Part shown: positions 45,416 to 52,255 of the stretch, piece by piece | How the letters are laid out: every line of letters begins with the position of its first letter | Position numbering within the stretch: position 1 is the stretch's first letter | Virus record (IMG/VR): IMGVR_UViG_3300025099_000030 | Coordinates: 1 to 52,255 of that record | Strand: one strand, 5' to 3' | DNA: 52,255 nucleotides | Source of the DNA: a virus | Taxonomy: Duplodnaviria; Caudoviricetes | The notes under the pieces: model-generated | Told to the model about the DNA's origin: nothing | Seen by the model: the letters and a program-made list of their open reading frames with translations, nothing else | Database searches by the model: none | Translations under genes and position numbers: made by a program

Positions 45416-45732
45416 CTTAGCCTTTGGAATAGCCAAGCTGTAGAAGACCTAGGCTTGCAAACCACCATAGTCTCAAAGCCTAAATAATAACAGAGTTTAT
45501 AATCATCTAAAGTATCATTTCTAATAACTCTTATTTCTTTATTAACTACCTTAATGGTGCCTTTAGCTAAAATTTGTTTTGCTCTATTAGTAAAAATATA
45601 TCGTTCAAAAGAATTATCCTCTTTTATATCAACATATTCATTTGTTCCGCTAACCCATAAACCATGCACAGATGTGTTTTGCGCAAACGTATAGGTACTC
45701 ATCATTAATAATATTCCAAATAAGTATTTCAT
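45412..45732 (-). CDS. secreted small beta protein (lipocalin-like GxW)
   Basis: Signal peptide MKYLFGILLMMSTYTFA-Q; VHGLWVS motif. Confidence 0.65.
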   Translation of the reverse strand: MKYLFGILLMMSTYTFAQNTSVHGLWVSGTNEYVDIKEDNSFERYIFTNRAKQILAKGTIKVVNKEIRVIRNDTLDDYKLCYYLGFETMVVCKPRSSTAWLFQRLR

Positions 45733-45748
45733 TTAATTTTATTTTTAA

Positions 45749-46717
45749 TTACCAAATATCTTCAAAATCTTCTCCTTCGTTTGCTTTAGAATAATCTGTT
45801 GGCCTAACAGCAAAAAAATCAGTATGGGTATGACCGCCAGTAAGATGGTAGAACCAATCGAGATTTGCTGCCCCGTCTTCGTCAAATGCAAAGTATTGCC
45901 CGAGGTCGAAGTAACCAAGTTCTTGCAATTTTTCATTGAGGCGCTTTCTAATGAATTGTTTAAGATCATAGGCTTTAAGGTTTTCAATGTCTCCGAGTTC
46001 AAACATTTTATCAATATACTTTTCTTCTGCTTTAAGCATTGCTTTTGCTGCTGTAATAACATCATCTCTGCATTCTTCTAATAAGTTAGGCATTTCTTCA
46101 CACATATGATTAAACAGCCTACACCCCATTTTACTGTGTAGAGATTCGTCTCTTACAGACCACTTCATCTGTTGCCCAATACCTTTTAATAAATTTCTTA
46201 ATTGAAAAGAATATAATACAGCAAAAGCAGAATATAAACTAACTCCTTCAGCAAAAGCAGAAAAAATAGCCAGCGATTTTCCAATACCAACTGGATCAGA
46301 TCCTTCATAAGCAACGAGGTTTTCAAATCTATCCATTGTTGCTTCATCTTGTAAAAATGCTTCAAAGTTTTCTAATCCTAAAGTTTCATTTAAATAGCTG
46401 TATGCTACAGCGTGTATTGTTTCTTGGCTACCAAACATCATGGCCATTTGCTGTATTTCGTGTTTAGGAAACCAACCAACAACCTTTTGTGTCCAATAAT
46501 CAGATACTGCACATTCTGTTTGTGCGAAACCTAAAAGTATATTACCGACTAAGTTTTTTTCTTCTTTATTTAGTCTCTCATTCCAGTCTTTAACATCACC
46601 AGACATAGGTATTTCAGTATGTAACCAAAAAGCTTGCGCTTGTTTCAACCAACCCTCGGTATAATAATCAGGGTATTCAAAAGGTTTATATGCTATACGC
46701 GGTTCAAATAACCCCAT
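45749..46717 (-). CDS. nrdB: class I ribonucleotide reductase beta subunit
   Basis: FW, QTE68, E99TIH102AVAY106, AEGVSLY, RDESLH, DFF...Y C-terminus. Confidence 0.95.
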   Translation of the reverse strand: MGLFEPRIAYKPFEYPDYYTEGWLKQAQAFWLHTEIPMSGDVKDWNERLNKEEKNLVGNILLGFAQTECAVSDYWTQKVVGWFPKHEIQQMAMMFGSQETIHAVAYSYLNETLGLENFEAFLQDEATMDRFENLVAYEGSDPVGIGKSLAIFSAFAEGVSLYSAFAVLYSFQLRNLLKGIGQQMKWSVRDESLHSKMGCRLFNHMCEEMPNLLEECRDDVITAAKAMLKAEEKYIDKMFELGDIENLKAYDLKQFIRKRLNEKLQELGYFDLGQYFAFDEDGAANLDWFYHLTGGHTHTDFFAVRPTDYSKANEGEDFEDIW

Positions 46718-46927
46718 TTATATTTCTAGTTTTTTATCGTTTTCGTTTTGTTTTGCTTTTTCTTTTAACTGCTCAACTATTTCATCATAATTTGGAAGCT
46801 GCTGTATAAAAGCATATACACCGGATATACGCTCATCAAGCATCCGCATTTCCATAATTATTTGTTCTGATACAGCTTTTAGCTGGCCAACCTTACCGGC
46901 CAACTCAGCTCTTGTTGGTGTGCTCAT
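46718..46927 (-). CDS. hypothetical helical protein
   Basis: Abuts nrdB start. Confidence 0.65.
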   Translation of the reverse strand: MSTPTRAELAGKVGQLKAVSEQIIMEMRMLDERISGVYAFIQQLPNYDEIVEQLKEKAKQNENDKKLEI

Positions 46928-47073
46928 AATGCGTCTTTACTTAATATTAAAGGGCTCTCATCTTTATTAGTTTGTATTTCAAAATGTGTTTCCCTTTCGG
47001 TTATAATAATTTTTTTATTTTTAAATCTTTTAGGATATTTTTTTAATAAGTATTCTTGCCAATTATTCATCAT
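46924..47073 (-). CDS. 49-aa hypothetical protein (not in ORF track)
   Basis: MMNNWQEYLLKKYPKRFKNKKIIITERETHFEIQTNKDESPLILSKDAL*; ATGA overlap. Confidence 0.6.
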   Translation of the reverse strand: MMNNWQEYLLKKYPKRFKNKKIIITERETHFEIQTNKDESPLILSKDAL

Positions 47074-47200
47074 ATACTGTTAAACATAATTCTACAAAAG
47101 GTAAATATATTACATGTTCGTTATACTTGTCATTAATATAACTTCTTACTCCGATAACTACACCGGGATATAATCCTAAACTAAGTTCCCACGGTTTCAT
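47063..47200 (-). CDS. 45-aa hypothetical protein (not in ORF track)
   Basis: MKPWELSLGLYPGVVIGVRSYINDKYNEHVIYLPFVELCLTVYDE*. Confidence 0.65.
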   Translation of the reverse strand: MKPWELSLGLYPGVVIGVRSYINDKYNEHVIYLPFVELCLTVYDE

Positions 47201-47211
47201 TTAAATAATAA

Positions 47212-47481
47212 TTAAGCATTTTCATGTGATGACCTATTCTTTCTAAATAATGATTCTTCAACGTAAAATCCGTGTCGTCTTGCGATTTCGTCAATTGCTC
47301 TTGAGTTAACTCGCTTGCTGTATTTTGCATACTTTTTAATATCTTTTTCTAATTTTCGCCTTTTGTAATGTAATGACGCTAATTTTTTCTGTTTTCTTTT
47401 ATTAACTGAATCGTCCGGTCTACTTCCTTCTGATTTTGCGGTTTGTAAAGTGTCTTTCCAATATTGTTTTTTGTCAGCCAT
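47212..47481 (-). CDS. basic hypothetical protein, start uncertain
   Basis: Fills gap 47212-47378; only ATG lies 103 nt inside the endonuclease gene. Confidence 0.5.
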   Translation of the reverse strand: MADKKQYWKDTLQTAKSEGSRPDDSVNKRKQKKLASLHYKRRKLEKDIKKYAKYSKRVNSRAIDEIARRHGFYVEESLFRKNRSSHENA

Positions 47482-47828
47482 AATTTAAAAAGTTTCCAAC
47501 GTAAAGGGAAAGATTCATTAGCTCTCCCTTTGCATTCTATGATGTAGTCTTTTCCAGTAAAGTCAGGCGTATATTTAATGCCCAATACTTTTTTGCTCCC
47601 TCGGTTAGTGTAATCACCTTTTCCGTTTGCTTGTTTTTCGTAAGATTCATTTGTAAAATTAAAACTTTCGATAAGCTGGAAAACTTCACCTTCATAATAT
47701 TCAAATAGTTTTTCTTTTTTTAAAGCCATATAAGTGTAGCGCTCAAGGCCGGAAGCAAAGTTAATGCCATCATATGTAATTTTCTTTGCTGTTACAGGCC
47801 CACGCTTTTTACTTTTCTTTCGTCTCAT
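47379..47828 (-). CDS. T7 endonuclease I-like PD-(D/E)XK nuclease / Holliday junction resolvase
   Basis: FASGLE, YTPDF, IIECKG motifs. Confidence 0.82.
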   Translation of the reverse strand: MRRKKSKKRGPVTAKKITYDGINFASGLERYTYMALKKEKLFEYYEGEVFQLIESFNFTNESYEKQANGKGDYTNRGSKKVLGIKYTPDFTGKDYIIECKGRANESFPLRWKLFKLWLTKNNIGKTLYKPQNQKEVDRTIQLIKENRKN

Positions 47829-48141
47829 TAGTATGATTAGTTGTCCATGTTTTATTTATATTGTAGCCTAATTGATCGGGTGGCCCAGGATCTGGATAAG
47901 CAGAAACAAGTTCAGCATCTACTTCCCAGTCTTTAATGTAACACTCTTCAATCTCTTCACGTAATGACATACGGGCTTTTTCAATATAGTTTACGGCATC
48001 CATAAGTTCTTCTTGTAAATGGTTGAGCCAAGTATCTAGTGGCTGGTCATCATCAAAAAGAGTAACACCATACTTTTTAAAACCTACGTCAGATCGCTTT
48101 TGAATCTTACTTACTACTTGTTGTATAATTTTATCACGCAT
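47809..48141 (-). CDS. MazG-like all-alpha NTP pyrophosphohydrolase-related protein
   Basis: GFKKYGVTL...WLNHLQEELMDAVNY (EExxD). Confidence 0.55.
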   Translation of the reverse strand: MRDKIIQQVVSKIQKRSDVGFKKYGVTLFDDDQPLDTWLNHLQEELMDAVNYIEKARMSLREEIEECYIKDWEVDAELVSAYPDPGPPDQLGYNINKTWTTNHTNETKEK

Positions 48142-48916
48142 CTTTTACAAATGTTCCGTTAATCATTCTACCAGTTCTATTAGATATTTCATCATAAGCA
48201 GACTTAATGCAAATTTCAATATCGGTACCGACAAGGTGGGCAAGATTAGTAAGAACAACAACGCTATCACCAATAGCATCAATAATATCTGCCTTATCAT
48301 CTTTAAGTATAGCTTGGGATAATTCTCCTGATTCTTCATATAATTTAATTAATTGTGTTTTAGCATCGCCTTTATCATATATTCCGCGCCTATTAGCCCA
48401 GTTCCTTATATCTTCAAATATATTATCAGAAGTTACTGATGATTGTTTTTGGAACTCACCTGCTTCAGCCATGGCTTTATTATAAATATAACAGGTGTTA
48501 GGACCAAATTGACTATTATGTACATTAGATATAACCCAATCAATTTTATCAGTCGAATCAAGTTTAAACGTTCCATATTGCGTTTTAATTTCTAAATCTG
48601 CTAAAAACCTTGCATCTAATTCTTTGGATGATATTTTAAATGTAGTTGTAGTCGGAGATGAGCTGTGTTTATTCATAGTCTTTTTAAATAAATCTTTATA
48701 AGGTTTTCTATCTACTTTATACCCCAAATCTTTTTGTAACTCTTGCTCAACCCTTGAAGCCTCAGCTACGTTGTCAGTCTCAAAAAGTATTTCATACTCG
48801 CCAGGCTTATAACCTTGAGCTTCAATAATACGTCTTTGAATACTTGTAGTACACCCAATTTTAACACCAGGTATGTGGTAAATTTTATATTTACCTTTGC
48901 TTAGTTTTGTATGCAT
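48134..48916 (-). CDS. GIY-YIG-like domain fused to MazG-type NTP pyrophosphohydrolase
   Basis: N-terminal YKIYHIPGVKIGCTTSIQRR...E; C-terminal KLYEESGEL...DAIGD. Confidence 0.72.
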   Translation of the reverse strand: MHTKLSKGKYKIYHIPGVKIGCTTSIQRRIIEAQGYKPGEYEILFETDNVAEASRVEQELQKDLGYKVDRKPYKDLFKKTMNKHSSSPTTTTFKISSKELDARFLADLEIKTQYGTFKLDSTDKIDWVISNVHNSQFGPNTCYIYNKAMAEAGEFQKQSSVTSDNIFEDIRNWANRRGIYDKGDAKTQLIKLYEESGELSQAILKDDKADIIDAIGDSVVVLTNLAHLVGTDIEICIKSAYDEISNRTGRMINGTFVKDA

Positions 48917-49007
48917 CTTGTATTGATTTAATTATATTTAAGCTTTTTTCACTAAGGAACTTGCCCATGTAATTATTTTTTTGAAACCAGTATTTATACT
49001 CCAACAT
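48891..49007 (-). CDS. 38-aa hypothetical peptide (not in ORF track)
   Basis: MLEYKYWFQKNNYMGKFLSEKSLNIIKSIQDAYKTKQR*; bridges thyA-like and MazG genes, overlapping both. Confidence 0.45.
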   Translation of the reverse strand: MLEYKYWFQKNNYMGKFLSEKSLNIIKSIQDAYKTKQR

Positions 49008-49824
49008 TGAGTTTTGCCTTAATTGCTTCATGTGGGTTATAGTTTACTAAATGAATCATTTTATGTGTTGGTATTCTTATAAAGTTTCCCGCCCCTTCTT
49101 CAATAGATAATCCAAAGTCAATTCCCACACGAGGAAGTTTCCTAAAATCACGGGATAATTGCTGCTTAGCTTGTTCGACATGGTTATTATAAAGATGACA
49201 ATCACCGAGTGAAGCAGTAAGGCGCCCAGGTTTATAACCCGCTCCTTTTGCCAACATAGATAATAATAAGCCATACATGGCAAAATCATAAGGCAGACCA
49301 AGAAAGACGTCAGCAGATCGTTGGGTCCAAAGTAAATCAAGTTTTCCATCATTTATATATATTTGAATGCTATAATGACAAGGAGGCAATGCCATATCAT
49401 CCATATCATTGGGATTCCATAAGCTTGCCACGATGCGCCTAGATGTTGGTTCTTGTTTAATTTGCTTGAGAATTTTTTCAAGTTGATCAACACCATTAAA
49501 GTCCCTAAGCTGCTTCCCATAAACAGGGCCAAGCGTACCATCTGTTCTACCTGACCGCTTATAATCAGGATCCCAGTAAGTGACGCCGTAATCGCGCAAG
49601 TAAGCAATGTCAGTGCGTCCTTGTAATATCCATAATAATTCTGTAACTGCATGGTTGAAATATATTTTTTTTGTTGTTAATAGAGGAAACCCTGCTGCCA
49701 TGTCATGTCTAAGCATTCTTCCAAAGACAGATTGCGTCCCAGTGCCTGTTCTATCATCTTTTTGTGCTCCACCGTGGAGTATTCCTGATAATAATCCTCT
49801 ATATTCATCTTGTACGTTTATCAT
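48994..49824 (-). CDS. thyA: thymidylate synthase (ThyA) family enzyme with Asn-to-Asp specificity change, possible dCMP methylase
   Basis: DRTGTGT, FPLLTTKK, ELLW, LGPVYG, SRR, LPPCH, QRSADVFLGLPYD, GDCHLYNNH; likely start MINVQDEY at 49824. Confidence 0.92.
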   Translation of the reverse strand: MINVQDEYRGLLSGILHGGAQKDDRTGTGTQSVFGRMLRHDMAAGFPLLTTKKIYFNHAVTELLWILQGRTDIAYLRDYGVTYWDPDYKRSGRTDGTLGPVYGKQLRDFNGVDQLEKILKQIKQEPTSRRIVASLWNPNDMDDMALPPCHYSIQIYINDGKLDLLWTQRSADVFLGLPYDFAMYGLLLSMLAKGAGYKPGRLTASLGDCHLYNNHVEQAKQQLSRDFRKLPRVGIDFGLSIEEGAGNFIRIPTHKMIHLVNYNPHEAIKAKLNVGV

Positions 49825-50071
49825 AATAATATTTACACATTTCATAATAACTAGGCCATATAGTGTTTTTATCATATATATGAGGCGCTATATTTATTTT
49901 TTCACCTTTTATATATGGTCCAACATTTATACCTATTTTCCATTTTCCAATTTCGCCGTTAATACCTAGCGGTGATATTCTAATATTGTTTCTTATACAA
50001 TAATTAGAAGCTTTAGTCTCTTCGGGCGTTGGGTGATACTTAGGCATCCAATTTTCTTTTTTCTTTGCCAT
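49805..50071 (-). CDS. hypothetical protein
   Basis: Start placed at TAATG overlap with primase-helicase stop (MAKKKENW). Confidence 0.7.
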   Translation of the reverse strand: MAKKKENWMPKYHPTPEETKASNYCIRNNIRISPLGINGEIGKWKIGINVGPYIKGEKINIAPHIYDKNTIWPSYYEMCKYYYDKRTR

Positions 50072-51774
50072 TAGTCCCAAGGCATTGTTTCATTGCTGAA
50101 AGTAGTTAAAGGTATATAATCACCAGAAGCATGATTCCATTTAAAATGTGCCTCCGCTTGATTTTCCCCTAAGTTTTGAAATTTTACTTTAAGTACTTTA
50201 ACTTTCACAGAATTATTAGTATAGTCTCTATGCACTAACAAACCGTGATAAGATGCGTCATACCATTCACCGCCACCTTTAATATTATACATGGTTGGCT
50301 CATCAATAGTACCATCATCTTTTTTGTACATTTTAGTTGGGTGTGCAACAACAACTACTAAGACATCATATTTTTTAGCAAAAGCTTCTATCCTAGCTAA
50401 GTATTCCATTGTTGCGTCTGGTATAGACATATCAGCAGCACCTTTCATTTTAACTTTATTATAGGGATCAATAACTAAACACTTTATACCTTTTCTTTTA
50501 ACAAGCTCTGCTCCCTTTTTCAAAACAGTATCTAAGTCATATCGCTCTGCTTCTATAAAGTAAAAATTATCATTTACAATTTCAAAGCAAGCATTCCACT
50601 TCTCAGTACCTAAATCGGATTCTTTAGGCATCCATCCGCCAATCTTTCTAATTAGCTTATGTGCGTGTAAAAATGTAGGCTTATTTTCTGGTGACGCAAA
50701 TGCTGTTTTCCAACCATATTTTAATTGGTAACCCACAGCCATTCGATCAACAAAATCAGACTTGCCAGAGCTAGGCACTCCTGTAACGGTGATGAATTGC
50801 CCTGTATAAGTACTGAATATGCTATCAAAGTTATCAAGACCGATTTGATACCCAGGTTTAAAACCTTCATAAATAAATTCTTCAAGTTCTTCATTTATAT
50901 CTCCTACTGTTACAACGTTCTCTAAAGGAACGGGTTGTGCATTATGTATAGCATCGCGAAGAGCGTTCCTGCCATTAGCAATAATAAAGTCATTAGCGTC
51001 CTTATACTCTCCGAAACTTGCCAACCAGCATATTTCCGCCCCAAAGCGACGTATAAGCTCTTGTTGTAAGTTTTGACCAGCTTCATCAGAATCTGTAGCG
51101 AGTATGATCTTTGACTTATCATCAAAGTACTCAATGCAGTTGTCAAGATAATCAAGGTTAAGCCTGTTAAGTGTAGCACCGTTTGGTACGGAAACCACGT
51201 TATGTATACCAGCTTCATAAACACTAAGAGCGTCCATTTCACCTTCCACAATAACACACCAGTCATGCCCAACAATATTGTCAAGATTATAGAATACTTT
51301 TTCTGCATCTTTAACAAGTTTAAAATTTTTCCTACCATCTCTATATTTTATATTTATTAATTCGTTATTTATAAAATAATTAAATTGAATAGTATTTTCA
51401 TTCTTACCTGTTTGAGGCATCCATTCACCCCCTTCGGACACTTTTAAGCGATTGAGGGTAGATTGTGATATGTTTCTACCCTCGAACCATTTAATAGCTT
51501 TGTCAGACAACTCAGTAATATTTTTCCTCTCAGGTCTAACATAAACCTTATCGCTTCCACCTTTGCGTTTAAAGGTGTGCAGTTGAAATACTTCATCGCA
51601 ATTCATACAAGTGCCGAGACCACGTTCCCAATCATACATAGCGCATTTAGCTTTACGATTTTCAGGTTTCCTATCATGTGAGCATTTAGGGCATATACCT
51701 TCCTTCTTGCCAACTTCAAGGTCATATTGATTGAACTGGTCAATCGTAAATCCATTGATCTCTGTTGTATTCAT
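50071..51774 (-). CDS. DNA primase-helicase (T7 gp4 / Twinkle-like)
   Basis: CPKC...CMNC zinc finger, TOPRIM IVEGEMD and TDSDEAG, SF4 Walker A GVPSSGKS, LVIDP, VAHP. Confidence 0.95.
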   Translation of the reverse strand: MNTTEINGFTIDQFNQYDLEVGKKEGICPKCSHDRKPENRKAKCAMYDWERGLGTCMNCDEVFQLHTFKRKGGSDKVYVRPERKNITELSDKAIKWFEGRNISQSTLNRLKVSEGGEWMPQTGKNENTIQFNYFINNELINIKYRDGRKNFKLVKDAEKVFYNLDNIVGHDWCVIVEGEMDALSVYEAGIHNVVSVPNGATLNRLNLDYLDNCIEYFDDKSKIILATDSDEAGQNLQQELIRRFGAEICWLASFGEYKDANDFIIANGRNALRDAIHNAQPVPLENVVTVGDINEELEEFIYEGFKPGYQIGLDNFDSIFSTYTGQFITVTGVPSSGKSDFVDRMAVGYQLKYGWKTAFASPENKPTFLHAHKLIRKIGGWMPKESDLGTEKWNACFEIVNDNFYFIEAERYDLDTVLKKGAELVKRKGIKCLVIDPYNKVKMKGAADMSIPDATMEYLARIEAFAKKYDVLVVVVAHPTKMYKKDDGTIDEPTMYNIKGGGEWYDASYHGLLVHRDYTNNSVKVKVLKVKFQNLGENQAEAHFKWNHASGDYIPLTTFSNETMPWD

Positions 51775-51843
51775 TTAATCTTCAATTAAAGTTACTTCGC
51801 CGTCTTCGTCGTATTCGACGTACAAATAATCTTCTTCGTGCAT
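51775..51843 (-). CDS. 22-aa acidic micropeptide (not in ORF track)
   Basis: MHEEDYLYVEYDEDGEVTLIED*; TAATG overlap with SSB stop and stop abutting primase ATG. Confidence 0.55.
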   Translation of the reverse strand: MHEEDYLYVEYDEDGEVTLIED

Positions 51844-52163
51844 TAGAAAGGTAGATCAGGTTCTGCAGCAGCAGGTGCTTGAGCTTGCATAGATGCTTGT
51901 TGAGGTGTACCCTCTCTGGCGGCTGTTGCAACATTTTCACCATTAGTCCAAACTACTTTAACATTACCGAGATATTGCTTTTGCATTTTAGCATCTCTTT
52001 CTTCTTTAGTCTGTTCTGTCATAATATAACCAGAGTCACCATATTGACCAGGCTCATCATTTAAAACAATACTTACAGGATAATACTTACCTTTTTTACC
52101 TTCATAAATTTTTGACTTATCAATTTTAGTTAAGTCAATGTTTGCTGAAATAATACTTGCCAT
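51843..52163 (-). CDS. putative single-stranded DNA-binding protein
   Basis: IDLTKIDK...GKKGKY...QYG...YLGN core, flexible linker, acidic EPDLPF C-terminal tip; next to primase-helicase. Confidence 0.75.
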   Translation of the reverse strand: MASIISANIDLTKIDKSKIYEGKKGKYYPVSIVLNDEPGQYGDSGYIMTEQTKEERDAKMQKQYLGNVKVVWTNGENVATAAREGTPQQASMQAQAPAAAEPDLPF

Positions 52164-52255
52164 TAGTATGTAGCTAATTGATTAAACATTCTTCTAAGCT
52201 GGTCTTTATTAGCGCCAGTAACTCTACGCAGATTGTCTACCGCTTTTACATGGTT
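52163..52255 (-). CDS. 3' end of hypothetical protein (truncated by window edge)
   Basis: NHVKAVDNLRRVTGANKDQLRRMFNQLATY*; TAATG overlap with SSB start. Confidence 0.6.
   Translation of the reverse strand, partial: NHVKAVDNLRRVTGANKDQLRRMFNQLATY

Noticed and set aside
49825-49875. Longer ThyA N-terminus given in the ORF track
   Set aside because: It overlaps the upstream gene by 71 nt; the Met at 49824 gives a normal ThyA N-terminus.
43786-52064. Plus-strand and alternative-frame ORFs overlapping nrdA, nrdB, thyA and primase
   Set aside because: Nested in well-supported genes and lacking independent evidence.
1-52255. Stop-codon reassignment as in some crAss-like phages
   Set aside because: Genes are full length in the standard code, and TAA, TAG and TGA all end well-supported genes.
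1-52255. CRISPR arrays, tRNAs, integrase, introns or inteins
   Set aside because: Intergenic gaps are very short, no repeat-spacer or cloverleaf pattern was seen, and TerL, NrdA, NrdB and helicase are uninterrupted with no intein-sized inserts. This was by eye only.

Overview
This window is a gene-dense, AT-rich segment of a tailed dsDNA bacteriophage, probably podovirus-like and infecting a marine Bacteroidota/Flavobacteriaceae host. The host call is an inference from the A/T-rich start contexts without Shine-Dalgarno sequences, the RNR and SSB types, and the FN3/BACON-like modules. The + strand (1-43148) is a late or structural region. In order it holds small basic proteins, GroEL-GroES, a long modular tail fibre with accessory genes, a holin-endolysin cassette, a tandem GroES-like protein, TerS/TerL, portal, scaffold, major capsid, tail ring proteins, a tail nozzle gene apparently split in three, and three putative ejection proteins, the last a 2491-aa polyvalent protein. 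A bidirectional terminator near 43158 separates this from a - strand block for replication and nucleotide metabolism (NrdA/NrdB, endonuclease I-like resolvase, two MazG-like proteins, a ThyA-family enzyme, primase-helicase, SSB). The main leads are: (1) the ThyA homologue has Asp at the substrate-determining Asn177 position and sits next to MazG-like pyrophosphatases, suggesting a cytosine-modification (dCMP methylation) pathway; (2) the giant ejected protein carries a sigma70 region-2-like domain plus HAD, HNH-like and two HExxH domains; (3) a recurring short motif in putative capsid-internal proteins could be the target of the C-terminal zincin; (4) the nozzle is split and decorated with FN3/BACON domains; (5) the tail fibre has an amicyanin-like copper-site motif. 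All assignments come from reading motifs by eye, and no database searches were run.
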